Translations under genes and position numbers: made by a program
From: an uncultured Lachnospiraceae bacterium
GTDB lineage: Bacteria > Bacillota > Clostridia > Oscillospirales > CAG-272
NCBI GenBank assembly: GCA_964570825.1
Contig: CAZMZJ010000006.1
Span: 70,202-134,201, forward strand
Reading direction: 5' to 3'
Length of the DNA stretch: 64,000 bases
In this document: positions 8,671 through 16,753 of the stretch, one piece after another
Layout: each line of letters begins with the position of its first letter
Numbering within the stretch: the stretch's first letter is position 1
The notes under the pieces: model-generated
Told to the model about the DNA's origin: nothing
Databases searched by the model: none
Seen by the model: only the letters and a program-made list of their open reading frames with translations

Positions 8671-9184
8671 AGCCAATCTCATGGCGGCATTTGCCGGCGA
8701 ATCGCAGGCAAGAAACAAGTATACCTATTTTGCTTCGAAAGCCAGAAAAGACGGATACGAGCAGATCGCAGCAATATTCGAGGAAACCGCCAAAAACGAG
8801 ATGGAGCACGCCAAGATCTGGTTCAAGCTTCTGCACAACGATGAGGTTCCCGGAACCGCCGATAACCTGAAAGCTGCCGCCGAGGGTGAAAACTACGAAT
8901 GGACCGATATGTACGCAGACTTTGCAAAGGTCGCGCGCGAGGAGGGCTTCAACCGCATCGCGGCGCTTTTCGAGGGAGTCGCCAAGATTGAAAAGGAACA
9001 TGAGGAAAGATACAGAAAACTGCTCGCAAATGTTGAGGAAGGCCTGGTCTTCTCGAAGGACGAGGATGTGATCTGGGTCTGCTCGAACTGCGGACATGTG
9101 GCGATCGGCAAGAAGGCGCCGGTTATGTGTCCGGTTTGTTCGCACCCGCAGAGCTTTTTCCATGTGAAGGCGAAAAACTACTGA
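8645..9184 (+). CDS. rbr: rubrerythrin
   Basis: The product begins [30 protein letters not shown] and has EExH di-iron motifs ([16 protein letters not shown]). A C-terminal rubredoxin-like CSNCGH...CPVC is present. A GGAGGAG SD precedes the start, which overlaps the perR 3' end by 26 nt. Confidence 0.9.
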   Translation: MELKGSKTEANLMAAFAGESQARNKYTYFASKARKDGYEQIAAIFEETAKNEMEHAKIWFKLLHNDEVPGTADNLKAAAEGENYEWTDMYADFAKVAREEGFNRIAALFEGVAKIEKEHEERYRKLLANVEEGLVFSKDEDVIWVCSNCGHVAIGKKAPVMCPVCSHPQSFFHVKAKNY

Positions 9185-9417
9185 TATTTCAGCTGTATCA
9201 GCATCAGACCGGCCGCCGCAATTTGCATTCATGCGGCGGTCGGATTGCATGCTTTAATCAGGCGTTGTCCGGCATAAGGCTGAAATTTACGCCTCATGAT
9301 GAGAATGATACGTTTAGTTGATAAAAATAAATAGATAAAAATTTAATTATTGTTCACATTTTTTTCAACAGTCGGTGTATAATTATTTTCTGTAAATTTT
9401 TTTTGGAGGTGCTGAAT

Positions 9418-10431
9418 ATGCCCGGAATGGGAGGCGGCCACAGCGGTGGCGGCGGAGGAGGAGGCTTCGGCGGAGGCAGAAGCTTTGGCGGCGGCGGAGG
9501 CTTTGGCGGCGGAGGAGGCTTCGGCGGCAGGCCGGGAGGCCCAAGAGGACCAAGAGGATTTTTCTGGGGCCCGGGCTGGGGCTGGGGCGGCTGGGGCTGG
9601 GGCGGCTGGGGCTGGGGCCCGAGATGGGGCTGCTTCGGCGGACTTTTTCTAATACCTGTAATAATATTTTTATTTATTCTTATAATGATAGGCTCGCTTT
9701 TCGCAGCTCCTGACAGCGCAGGAATCACGCGCTCCACAAAGCGGCGCGAACCCCTTGACGCATCGTATGTGACAGCCATCGACGAATATTACCACGACGG
9801 TCCGGGCGTCATTATGAGCGCGGCCGATCAGTACAGCCTTGAAAATTCGCTGAAGTCATTTTATCAGAAAACAGGGGTACAGACGTATCTTTATATCGAC
9901 GACGATCTGAACGGCAACACGAGACCGGGGTATGACGATGTCGAAAGCTTTATGTATGAGGAATACGCAGCTCTTTTTGGGAACGACGAGGGACATCTTC
10001 TTATACTTTATTTCGAGTATCCCAACGGCGAGTACAACACCTGGTATATGTGGGGCAATAACGCCCATAAGGTTATGGACGACGAGGCCTGCACCATACT
10101 TCTCGACTATATAGACTATTACTACAAGCAGTATAATGTCGGCAGCACGCTCAGATATACGCAGATGTTCACATCATCTTTCGATTCTGCGGCTGAGCGT
10201 ATTATGGGCGGGCGTACAAGCATTTTCGAAAATATGTCGGCAGGGACAATAATTCTGCTTGTGCTTGGCATAGCCGGCGTGATAGCGCTGATTGTGTATA
10301 TTGTAAAGCGTTACAGAGATACAGACCCGCGCCGCCGCGGCGGAGGAGACGGTTCCGGTACAGGCGGGGATGGATATATGAGCGAAGAGGACAGGAGAAA
10401 AGAAAAGTACAGACGCCGGTATGGCGGATGA
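9418..10431 (+). CDS. Gly/Trp-repeat membrane protein with a TPM-like central domain
   Basis: The ATG at 9418 follows GGAGG (9405-9409). The N-terminal ~70 aa are almost pure Gly with F/R/S/P, then (GWGWG)x3. A TM helix follows (LFLIPVIIFLFILIMIGSLF), then a ~170-aa domain resembling TPM/DUF477, a second TM helix and a basic/Gly tail. Confidence 0.55.
   Translation: MPGMGGGHSGGGGGGGFGGGRSFGGGGGFGGGGGFGGRPGGPRGPRGFFWGPGWGWGGWGWGGWGWGPRWGCFGGLFLIPVIIFLFILIMIGSLFAAPDSAGITRSTKRREPLDASYVTAIDEYYHDGPGVIMSAADQYSLENSLKSFYQKTGVQTYLYIDDDLNGNTRPGYDDVESFMYEEYAALFGNDEGHLLILYFEYPNGEYNTWYMWGNNAHKVMDDEACTILLDYIDYYYKQYNVGSTLRYTQMFTSSFDSAAERIMGGRTSIFENMSAGTIILLVLGIAGVIALIVYIVKRYRDTDPRRRGGGDGSGTGGDGYMSEEDRRKEKYRRRYGG
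9574..9618. repeat. perfect 15-nt tandem repeat x3 (ggctggggctggggc) inside the CDS
   Basis: Three identical back-to-back copies at 9574-9588, 9589-9603 and 9604-9618, encoding GWGWG x3. They sit within a wider GGC/GGA low-complexity tract (9420-9620). Confidence 0.9.
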
Positions 10432-10435
10432 GAAT

Positions 10436-10476
10436 AAAAAACGGCGTCCGGCCTTTGCGGCCGGGCGCCGTTTTAA
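10436..10476. terminator. bidirectional rho-independent terminator between convergent genes
   Basis: The sequence aaaaacggcgtccggcc-tttgc-ggccgggcgccgtttt has A/T runs on both sides. Confidence 0.65.
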
Positions 10477-10581
10477 TATTTTGTGCGGCATGTCTTGATG
10501 TTAAAGCTTCAATTCTTTAACACGTTTCAGAGGAAATCAGCAAATACCTGACGGCATGCTGAAGATGTCCTCGGCAGGATT

Positions 10582-11904
10582 TTATTTATACTCCGGGAGC
10601 CAGCCCTTGTGAGCTTCGATGAGGTCGTCGCAGAGCGAGATTATGTCGTCAATTGACAGCTCGGCTGCGGTGTGCGGCTCGAGCATGGCGGCCTGATAGA
10701 TGACTTCCTTTTTCTTTGTTACGGCGGCTTCGATGGTGAGAAGCTGGGTGTTTATGTTCGTCATGTTCATGGCGGCGAGCTGCAGTGGAAGTTTGCCGAC
10801 ATAAGTGGGGCGCACTCCGTATTTGTCTACAAGGCAGGGAACCTCGACACAGGCGTCGGTCGGCAGATTTGTGATGAGTCCGGTGTTAAGCACGTTTCCG
10901 CCGATGCGGTATGGCTTGTCCGTAACGACTGCTTCCATGATGTATGAGGCGTACTCGTGGGTGCGTGTATGTGTAACATCGTTTGTCAGATACTTTGCGC
11001 GGTCGCTTTCCCAGCGCGTGATCTGGTCGATGCAGCGGCGCGGATACTCGTCGAGCGGTATGCGGTAACGGCTGATGAGCTCGGGATAACGGTTTTTGAT
11101 AAATAGGCAGTTATACTCGGCGTTATGTTCGCTCGATTCGGTGCAGTAATATCCGAAGCGGCGGATATACTCTAATCTGACAAGATCCTTGAAGCCCTCG
11201 GGCGGGTTGTCAAGAATTTCGCATGCACGGCGGCGGATTTCCGGATAGAGATCGACACCGTCGGCATCCTCGATTTCAAGCAGCCATGCCATGTGGTTGA
11301 TACCGGCGATCAGCTCTTTTACCGGACGTTTCGGCTCCATGCCAAGTTTCTTGAACAAACTGCTTGAGCAGACCTGAACGCTGTGGCAGAGGCCGACGGT
11401 CTTGATTCCGGTATATCTCTGCATATATCCCGAGAGGATAGCCATGGGGTTTGTATAGTTCAGGAAAAGAGCGTTCGGGCAGACCTTGGCCATATCCTCG
11501 GCAAAGTCCTCGAGCACGGGAATTGTGCGCAGCGCGCGGAAAATGCCGCCGATGCCGAGCGTGTCGGCGATAGTCTGGCGGAGGCCGTATTTCTTTGGTA
11601 TTTCGAAGTCGGTGATTGTGCAGGGATCATAGCCGCCGACCTGAATAGCGTTGACGACGAAATCTGCGCCTCGGAGCGCCTCCTGCCGGTTTTCAACGCC
11701 GAGATGCTTGGTTATTTTGGCGCGTCCCTCGTTTATGTTGCGGTTGAGCGAATCTATCATAATATATGATTCCTCAAGGCGCTTGGCGTCGATATCATAA
11801 AGAGAAATTTCGAAGTTCCTCAGAGCTTCCGTGAGCATCGAGTCGCCGAGCACGTTCTTGGCAAAAATCGTGCTGCCAGCTCCCATAAAAGTTATTTTTC
11901 CCAT
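10582..11904 (-). CDS. glycoside hydrolase family 4 alpha-galactosidase/alpha-glucosidase (NAD/Mn-dependent)
   Basis: The N-terminal Rossmann motif is MGKITFMGAGSTIFAKNVLGD. GH4 hallmarks NYTNPMA and GLCHSVQ are present, and the length is 440 aa. Confidence 0.85.
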   Translation of the reverse strand: MGKITFMGAGSTIFAKNVLGDSMLTEALRNFEISLYDIDAKRLEESYIMIDSLNRNINEGRAKITKHLGVENRQEALRGADFVVNAIQVGGYDPCTITDFEIPKKYGLRQTIADTLGIGGIFRALRTIPVLEDFAEDMAKVCPNALFLNYTNPMAILSGYMQRYTGIKTVGLCHSVQVCSSSLFKKLGMEPKRPVKELIAGINHMAWLLEIEDADGVDLYPEIRRRACEILDNPPEGFKDLVRLEYIRRFGYYCTESSEHNAEYNCLFIKNRYPELISRYRIPLDEYPRRCIDQITRWESDRAKYLTNDVTHTRTHEYASYIMEAVVTDKPYRIGGNVLNTGLITNLPTDACVEVPCLVDKYGVRPTYVGKLPLQLAAMNMTNINTQLLTIEAAVTKKKEVIYQAAMLEPHTAAELSIDDIISLCDDLIEAHKGWLPEYK

Positions 11905-12169
11905 TTTATTTTTCGCGGCACAGCCGCATTCCTTTCAAGTATTATCCTGTCAAAGTATAATATATTTTTCAACTTAAGTCAATATAATAAATACCAATTT
12001 TTATTCTAATATTTAAAATCCAAAGTAACATTTCCGATAAATCGGCAAAATACCGCCCGAATTAAATTTCGTTTTTTTTAAGGGCTTAAAAATTGAGAAG
12101 AAATTCAAAAATTCTATTGCATTTTTACTGCAATTAGGTTACCATATATAAAAATGCCTGCGGGAGGTC

Positions 12170-13048
12170 GTGTTTGTGTTCGGATATGTGCGGGCATATG
12201 TGCCCGAGCTGAAAATGCGTGAATATGAATATTACCGTGCCGTGTACTGCGGCCTTTGCAGGGCAAACGGACGGGCGACAGGCTGTATGTCGCGTTTTTC
12301 TCTCAGCTATGATTTTGTGTTTCTCGCGCTTGTCCGGATCGCGCTGAGCGGGATTACTCCTAAGTTCCGGTACCGCCGCTGCGCTGCGCATCCGGCAAAA
12401 AAGCGCAATGAAATGCTTCCGAACACAGAGCTTGAATACTGCGCGCGTGCAGGTGCGTTGCTGACATATCACAAGCTGCGCGACGACCTTAATGACGAGT
12501 TTGGAAGGCGCAGACTGAGAGCGAGGGCGGGACTTGTTTTTGCACGCGGGATGAGGCGTCGTGCTTCTAAGGATCTGCCGGGACTTGAGGAAAAAATCAA
12601 GTCCGGGCTTAACAGGCTTGCAGAACTCGAAAAGTCCGGCGTTGCGTCGGTGGATATTCCGGCTGAGGTTTTCGGGAACATCACGTCAGACATTCTTTCG
12701 TACGGGCTGGAAGACAAAAAGAAAACAGTGGCGAAGCAGATAGGGTATCACGTCGGGAAGTGGATTTACATTGCAGACGCTCTCGACGATTACCCGGAAG
12801 ACGTTGCGCGGGGACGCTACAACCCTTTTGCAAAGCTCTGGAACGGCGGAATTCCGGACGAGAGCAGAGAGGGAATCAGGGCTGCGCTGACACACGAGCT
12901 GATTAACGCCGGACTTGGTTTTGACCTCATAGATTACGGGAACAGCGATACGCTGCGCGGCGTCATATCAAACATTATATATTGCGGGATGCCGCGCCGG
13001 ATTGACGACATAATGCAAAAAGGCGGCAAGATACAAAAGAAAGGTTAA
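12170..13048 (+). CDS. DUF5685-like protein (family recalled from memory)
   Basis: The product begins [53 protein letters not shown]. The start is a GTG at 12170 or 12176, after GGGAGG. Confidence 0.5.
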   Translation: MFVFGYVRAYVPELKMREYEYYRAVYCGLCRANGRATGCMSRFSLSYDFVFLALVRIALSGITPKFRYRRCAAHPAKKRNEMLPNTELEYCARAGALLTYHKLRDDLNDEFGRRRLRARAGLVFARGMRRRASKDLPGLEEKIKSGLNRLAELEKSGVASVDIPAEVFGNITSDILSYGLEDKKKTVAKQIGYHVGKWIYIADALDDYPEDVARGRYNPFAKLWNGGIPDESREGIRAALTHELINAGLGFDLIDYGNSDTLRGVISNIIYCGMPRRIDDIMQKGGKIQKKG

Positions 13049-13065
13049 AGCGGAAAAAGATATAT

Positions 13066-13683
13066 ATGAATGATCCATATAAGGTGCTCGGCGTCTCGCG
13101 CGACGCAAGCGACGAAGATATAAAGCGCGCCTATCGGGAGCTGGCGAAAAAATATCATCCCGACAAGTACAAGGATTCGGATTTGTCTGACCTTGCGAAT
13201 GAGAAAATGAAGGAAATAAACGCCGCCTATGATCAGATTCAAAAAGAGCGCGCGGCGGGCGGCGGCAGCGGATCGGACGGCGGCGACTATTCCTTTGGAA
13301 CATATACCGGCAGCAACGAGCTATACGCGCGTGTGCGCCGCTGCATCAATACGGGATATACGGAAGAGGCAGACAGACTGCTCCGCACCGTGCCCGAAGC
13401 CGACCGCGATGCGGAGTGGAATTTTCTATTCGGCTGCGTTGAGGTCAGAATGGGGCATTATGTCGACGCGCAGCGGTATTTCGACCGTGCCTGCAACATG
13501 GATCCCTATAATATGGAATACAGAACGGCGCGCGACCAGCTGAACCGTCAGGCTAACGGTTACGGAGGCGGCTATACAACATACGAGCCACGCACCTGCT
13601 CCGGCTGCGACATCTGCACGGGGCTCATGTGTGCCGACTGCTGCTGCGAGTGCATGGGCGGCGACCTGATTCGCTGCTGCTAA
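13066..13683 (+). CDS. J-domain protein with a TPR-like middle region and an extremely Cys-rich C-terminus
   Basis: The J domain is [31 protein letters not shown], with the HPD motif. The C-terminus [28 protein letters not shown] has 10 Cys in 28 aa. Confidence 0.85.
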   Translation: MNDPYKVLGVSRDASDEDIKRAYRELAKKYHPDKYKDSDLSDLANEKMKEINAAYDQIQKERAAGGGSGSDGGDYSFGTYTGSNELYARVRRCINTGYTEEADRLLRTVPEADRDAEWNFLFGCVEVRMGHYVDAQRYFDRACNMDPYNMEYRTARDQLNRQANGYGGGYTTYEPRTCSGCDICTGLMCADCCCECMGGDLIRCC

Positions 13684-13849
13684 GTAAAGGAAGCAAAAAT
13701 AATTCGGAAGATTTTTTGAGAACCCTCCCAAAATCCTGCAAAAGCAAAAGACGTCTGATATTGTTGACCGCTTTTGGCAAGGTCAAGAAGCAGTATGATT
13801 ACGCGCGTCACAAAAGAAACATACTAAAACGGAAGGAGAAAGAACTCGC

Positions 13850-14383
13850 ATGTCCGGCGGTATAAAAAAAAGCACAAAGCGACTGACCTTGTGCGCTGTC
13901 ATGGTAGCCCTCGGAGTAGTCATTCTTTCGCTCGGCTCGCTTATCGAGGTGCTTGACCTGACGACATCTGCTTTCGCGGCAATGCTTGTGGTTTTAATTG
14001 TGATTGAGGTCGGCGGTTTCTGGCCGTGGCTCGTATATGCCGCGACGGGGCTTTTAGCTTTGCTTCTGCCGCTGAAGCTTGCGGCGGCGTTTTATCTTCT
14101 GTTCACAGGATATTACCCGATAATAAAAGAGAAAATCGAGAAGCTGGGAAGCAGGGTGCTGCAGTGGGCGATAAAGCTCGCTATACTGAACGCCGCGCTG
14201 ACTTTGGCAATTCTGGCTGGTAAATATATATTTACGGCCGCAGACACTGAGTTTGATTTCACATGGATGCTGTATCCGGTCGGCAATGCCGCGTTCGTGC
14301 TGTTTGACGTCGCGCTGACAAGGCTGATCTCGCTCTATATCTTCAAATGGAGAAAGAAACTCAGAATCACGGATTTGAAATAG
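13850..14383 (+). CDS. integral membrane protein, function unknown
   Basis: This 177-aa ORF follows a GGAAGGAG SD and has about 5 hydrophobic helices. Confidence 0.5.
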   Translation: MSGGIKKSTKRLTLCAVMVALGVVILSLGSLIEVLDLTTSAFAAMLVVLIVIEVGGFWPWLVYAATGLLALLLPLKLAAAFYLLFTGYYPIIKEKIEKLGSRVLQWAIKLAILNAALTLAILAGKYIFTAADTEFDFTWMLYPVGNAAFVLFDVALTRLISLYIFKWRKKLRITDLK

Positions 14384-14404
14384 CGGTTCAATCTTTTGTA
14401 AATC

Positions 14405-14440
14405 AAAAGGGGGGAAAACTGATGTTTTCTCCCCTTTGCG
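14405..14440. terminator. bidirectional terminator hairpin
   Basis: aaaggggggaaaac-tgat-gttttctcccctttg, lying between convergent genes. Confidence 0.55.
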
Positions 14441-14461
14441 CGTTTACATATAATGCGTGTT

Positions 14462-15502
14462 TTATTGCAATTTCATATCCCCGGGTTTAATCCATTTGAT
14501 TTTGCGGAGAAGCTCGCAGATAGCGACAGACAGCAGCGCAGGGAGTACGAAGCAGATAAGTATTAGAGCAATCCAGTCTATTGCGGTGACCGAGTCGGGG
14601 TAGGTGCCGCCGAACCAGCCGAGAATAATGCCGATGGGACCGAGCAGGCCGCAGGTGCCCATTCCGGAGTTGATCGCCTCGCCGTACATTCTGAAATTGA
14701 ATACGACGGTGGCGAGAGGCCCGGTTATAAGCGAGGCGATTGTGGGCGGCAGCCAGATGAGAGGATTTTTAACTATGTTCGGCATCTGAAGCATGCTGGT
14801 GCCGAGCCCTTGAGAGAGCAAGCCGCCCCAGCCGTTTTCACGGAAGCTCATTGTAGCGAATCCGACCATCTGTGCGCAGCAGCCCGCGACAGCGGCGCCG
14901 CCTGCGAGAGCAAGGCCGGGGTCTCCGTTGGCTCCGGTAAGCAGGAGTGCCGCGCAGATAGCCGCGCTGCTGATAGGAAGCGTCAGCGCCATTCCGATGA
15001 CGACCGAGACTATCATGCCCATGACAAACGGCTGGCAGGTCATCGCCCACGAGATGAACTTGCCTATATAGCCGACGGCCGTGCCGATATAGGGAGCGAT
15101 GAGAATCGAGAGCGCGCCGCCGGTAAATACGGTTACAAATGGTGTGACGATAATGTCAACCTTTGTTTTCTTTGAAACGAGCATGCCGATTTCGGCGGCG
15201 GCAATAGCTATGAAAAGCACCGCCAAGGGGCCTCCGGCGCCGCCCTTGGCGTTAGCGGCATATCCGACTGCCGCGGAGGAGTAGATAACAAGGGGATGGG
15301 CTTTAAGAGCGTATGCAATGGCTACCGCCATAGCAGGTCCGGCTACCGCCTTTGCAAAGCCGCCTATGTCCTTAAAGAAAGAAAAGCCGGGGATAAGACC
15401 GATTGCGGAAAAGATTGCTCCGATAAGAAGCGACGCGAAGAGGCCGTGCGCCATGGCGCCCATGGCGTCGATGAAGTAACGTTTCATGAGTTTTTTGAAC
15501 AT
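14462..15502 (-). CDS. PTS EIIC-like permease (PTS_EIIC_2 family, from memory)
   Basis: This is a 346-aa polytopic membrane protein. Its N-terminus MFKKLMKRYFIDAMGAMAHGLFASLLIG is typical of the short stand-alone EIIC_2 proteins. No EIIB, EI or HPr gene is nearby. Confidence 0.55.
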   Translation of the reverse strand: MFKKLMKRYFIDAMGAMAHGLFASLLIGAIFSAIGLIPGFSFFKDIGGFAKAVAGPAMAVAIAYALKAHPLVIYSSAAVGYAANAKGGAGGPLAVLFIAIAAAEIGMLVSKKTKVDIIVTPFVTVFTGGALSILIAPYIGTAVGYIGKFISWAMTCQPFVMGMIVSVVIGMALTLPISSAAICAALLLTGANGDPGLALAGGAAVAGCCAQMVGFATMSFRENGWGGLLSQGLGTSMLQMPNIVKNPLIWLPPTIASLITGPLATVVFNFRMYGEAINSGMGTCGLLGPIGIILGWFGGTYPDSVTAIDWIALILICFVLPALLSVAICELLRKIKWIKPGDMKLQ

Positions 15503-15541
15503 AGCGGTTTTCTCCTTGACAGTTAAATGTTGAAAATAAAA

Positions 15542-16393
15542 TTATTCCTCTTTGGTCTTAAGAAGGATCTGCTTTAGAATTTTTTCGCGGGCGCCGGGGA
15601 GGAGGTTCTCCCGTATTTGTTCTATTTCTCCTTTGTCGCACAGCGACGCCACCTCGGGGTCGAGCGGGATCCGTCCGAGCAGCTCCACGCCGTACTCATT
15701 GGCGGTTTCGGCGACACGGCTTTTGCCGAAAACAGCTATTTCGCGTCCGCAGTCCGGACATTTGACATAACTCATGTTTTCGACTATTCCGAGCACCGGA
15801 ATGTTCATCTGCTTGGCCATGTTGAGCGCTTTTTCGACTATCATTGAAACAAGCTCCTGAGGGCTTGTGACAATGACTATCCCGTCAAGCGGGATGCCTT
15901 GGAATATTGTCAGCGGCACGTCTCCTGTTCCGGGTGGGCAGTCTATGAAAAGGAAATCAATGTCATGCCATACGACGTCCGACCAGAACTGTCTGACAGT
16001 GCCTGCGATTACCGGACCGCGCCATATGACCGGCCGCTTTATGTCATTCAGCAGCAGATTGACCGACATGACGTCGATACCGCCCTTCGTCTTTGGAGGA
16101 AAAATGCCTCTGTCGTCGTAATCGACGTCGGCGGACAGCCCGAACGCTTTGGGAATCGAGGGGCCGGTGATGTCGGCGTCCATGATGCCGACTTTATAGC
16201 CGCTGCGCTTGAAGTCCACTGCCAGCGCCGAGGTTACAAGCGATTTCCCGACGCCGCCCTTGCCGCTGACCACCGCGACAGTGTGGCGGACCGAGCTTAG
16301 CGGGTTTAGGGGGAAAAACTGACGGTCTTTTTTGTTTGCGGACGGGCATGAGCTGCCGCAGCTTGAACAGTTGTGGGAACATTCTTCTGACAT
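15542..16393 (-). CDS. Mrp/NBP35-family Fe-S cluster carrier ATPase (ApbC-like)
   Basis: It has a deviant Walker A VAVVSGKGGVGKS, a CPxC motif (VKCPDCG) and an N-terminal Cys cluster CSHNCSSCGSSC. The start is uncertain: ATG at 16393 or TTG at 16429. Confidence 0.85.
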   Translation of the reverse strand: MSEECSHNCSSCGSSCPSANKKDRQFFPLNPLSSVRHTVAVVSGKGGVGKSLVTSALAVDFKRSGYKVGIMDADITGPSIPKAFGLSADVDYDDRGIFPPKTKGGIDVMSVNLLLNDIKRPVIWRGPVIAGTVRQFWSDVVWHDIDFLFIDCPPGTGDVPLTIFQGIPLDGIVIVTSPQELVSMIVEKALNMAKQMNIPVLGIVENMSYVKCPDCGREIAVFGKSRVAETANEYGVELLGRIPLDPEVASLCDKGEIEQIRENLLPGAREKILKQILLKTKEE

Positions 16394-16573
16394 ACTGAAA
16401 ATAATACCTTTACCTTTCGAATATTGCAAGTCCGCGCCGGCATATTTGTGACGCGGCGGAAATTCCGCCGTCTTTTACGGTACGGCGTCGGTTCAGGCTC
16501 TGCAGGATCCGAGCTGACCCGCATGGAAAAATATCTTTAAGACCCTGACCGGCTGCTGAAATAAATTGCTCAT

Positions 16574-16602
16574 ATTATACACCTGTCAATTAAATTTGGC
16601 AA
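16574..16602 (-). promoter_or_regulatory. candidate sigma-A promoter for mrp
   Basis: On the minus strand: TTGCCA (16602-16597), a 17-nt spacer, then TATAAT (16579-16574). This implies a 140-175-nt leader. Confidence 0.45.
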
Positions 16603-16691
16603 GTGTAAAGTTCAAATATCTCGGAAATGCACAATTATTATGCCCGGGCGTCCGAAGAAATGTAAATAATTCCGAAAATTCGGCGCCGCTC

Positions 16692-16720
16692 TTGAAATAA
16701 TCGGGAAAAAAGGATATACT
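16692..16720 (+). promoter_or_regulatory. candidate sigma-A promoter for gpmI
   Basis: TTGAAA (16692-16697), a 17-nt spacer, then TATACT (16715-16720). Confidence 0.45.
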
Positions 16721-16753
16721 AATATTTTGGAATGTAATAAAAAAGGAGTTTTT

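Noticed and set aside
8550-8870. 106-aa alternative-frame ORF spanning the perR/rbr junction
   Set aside because: It is out of frame with two well-supported genes and has an Arg/Ser/Pro-rich composition typical of off-frame translation.
9354-9779. 141-aa Pro-rich ORF (PQPQPPQPQPPQP..., PPKPPPPP) on the minus strand
   Set aside because: It is the antisense mirror of the Gly-rich (GGN) coding repeats of the plus-strand gene. It has no SD, and its low complexity is fully explained by the opposite strand.
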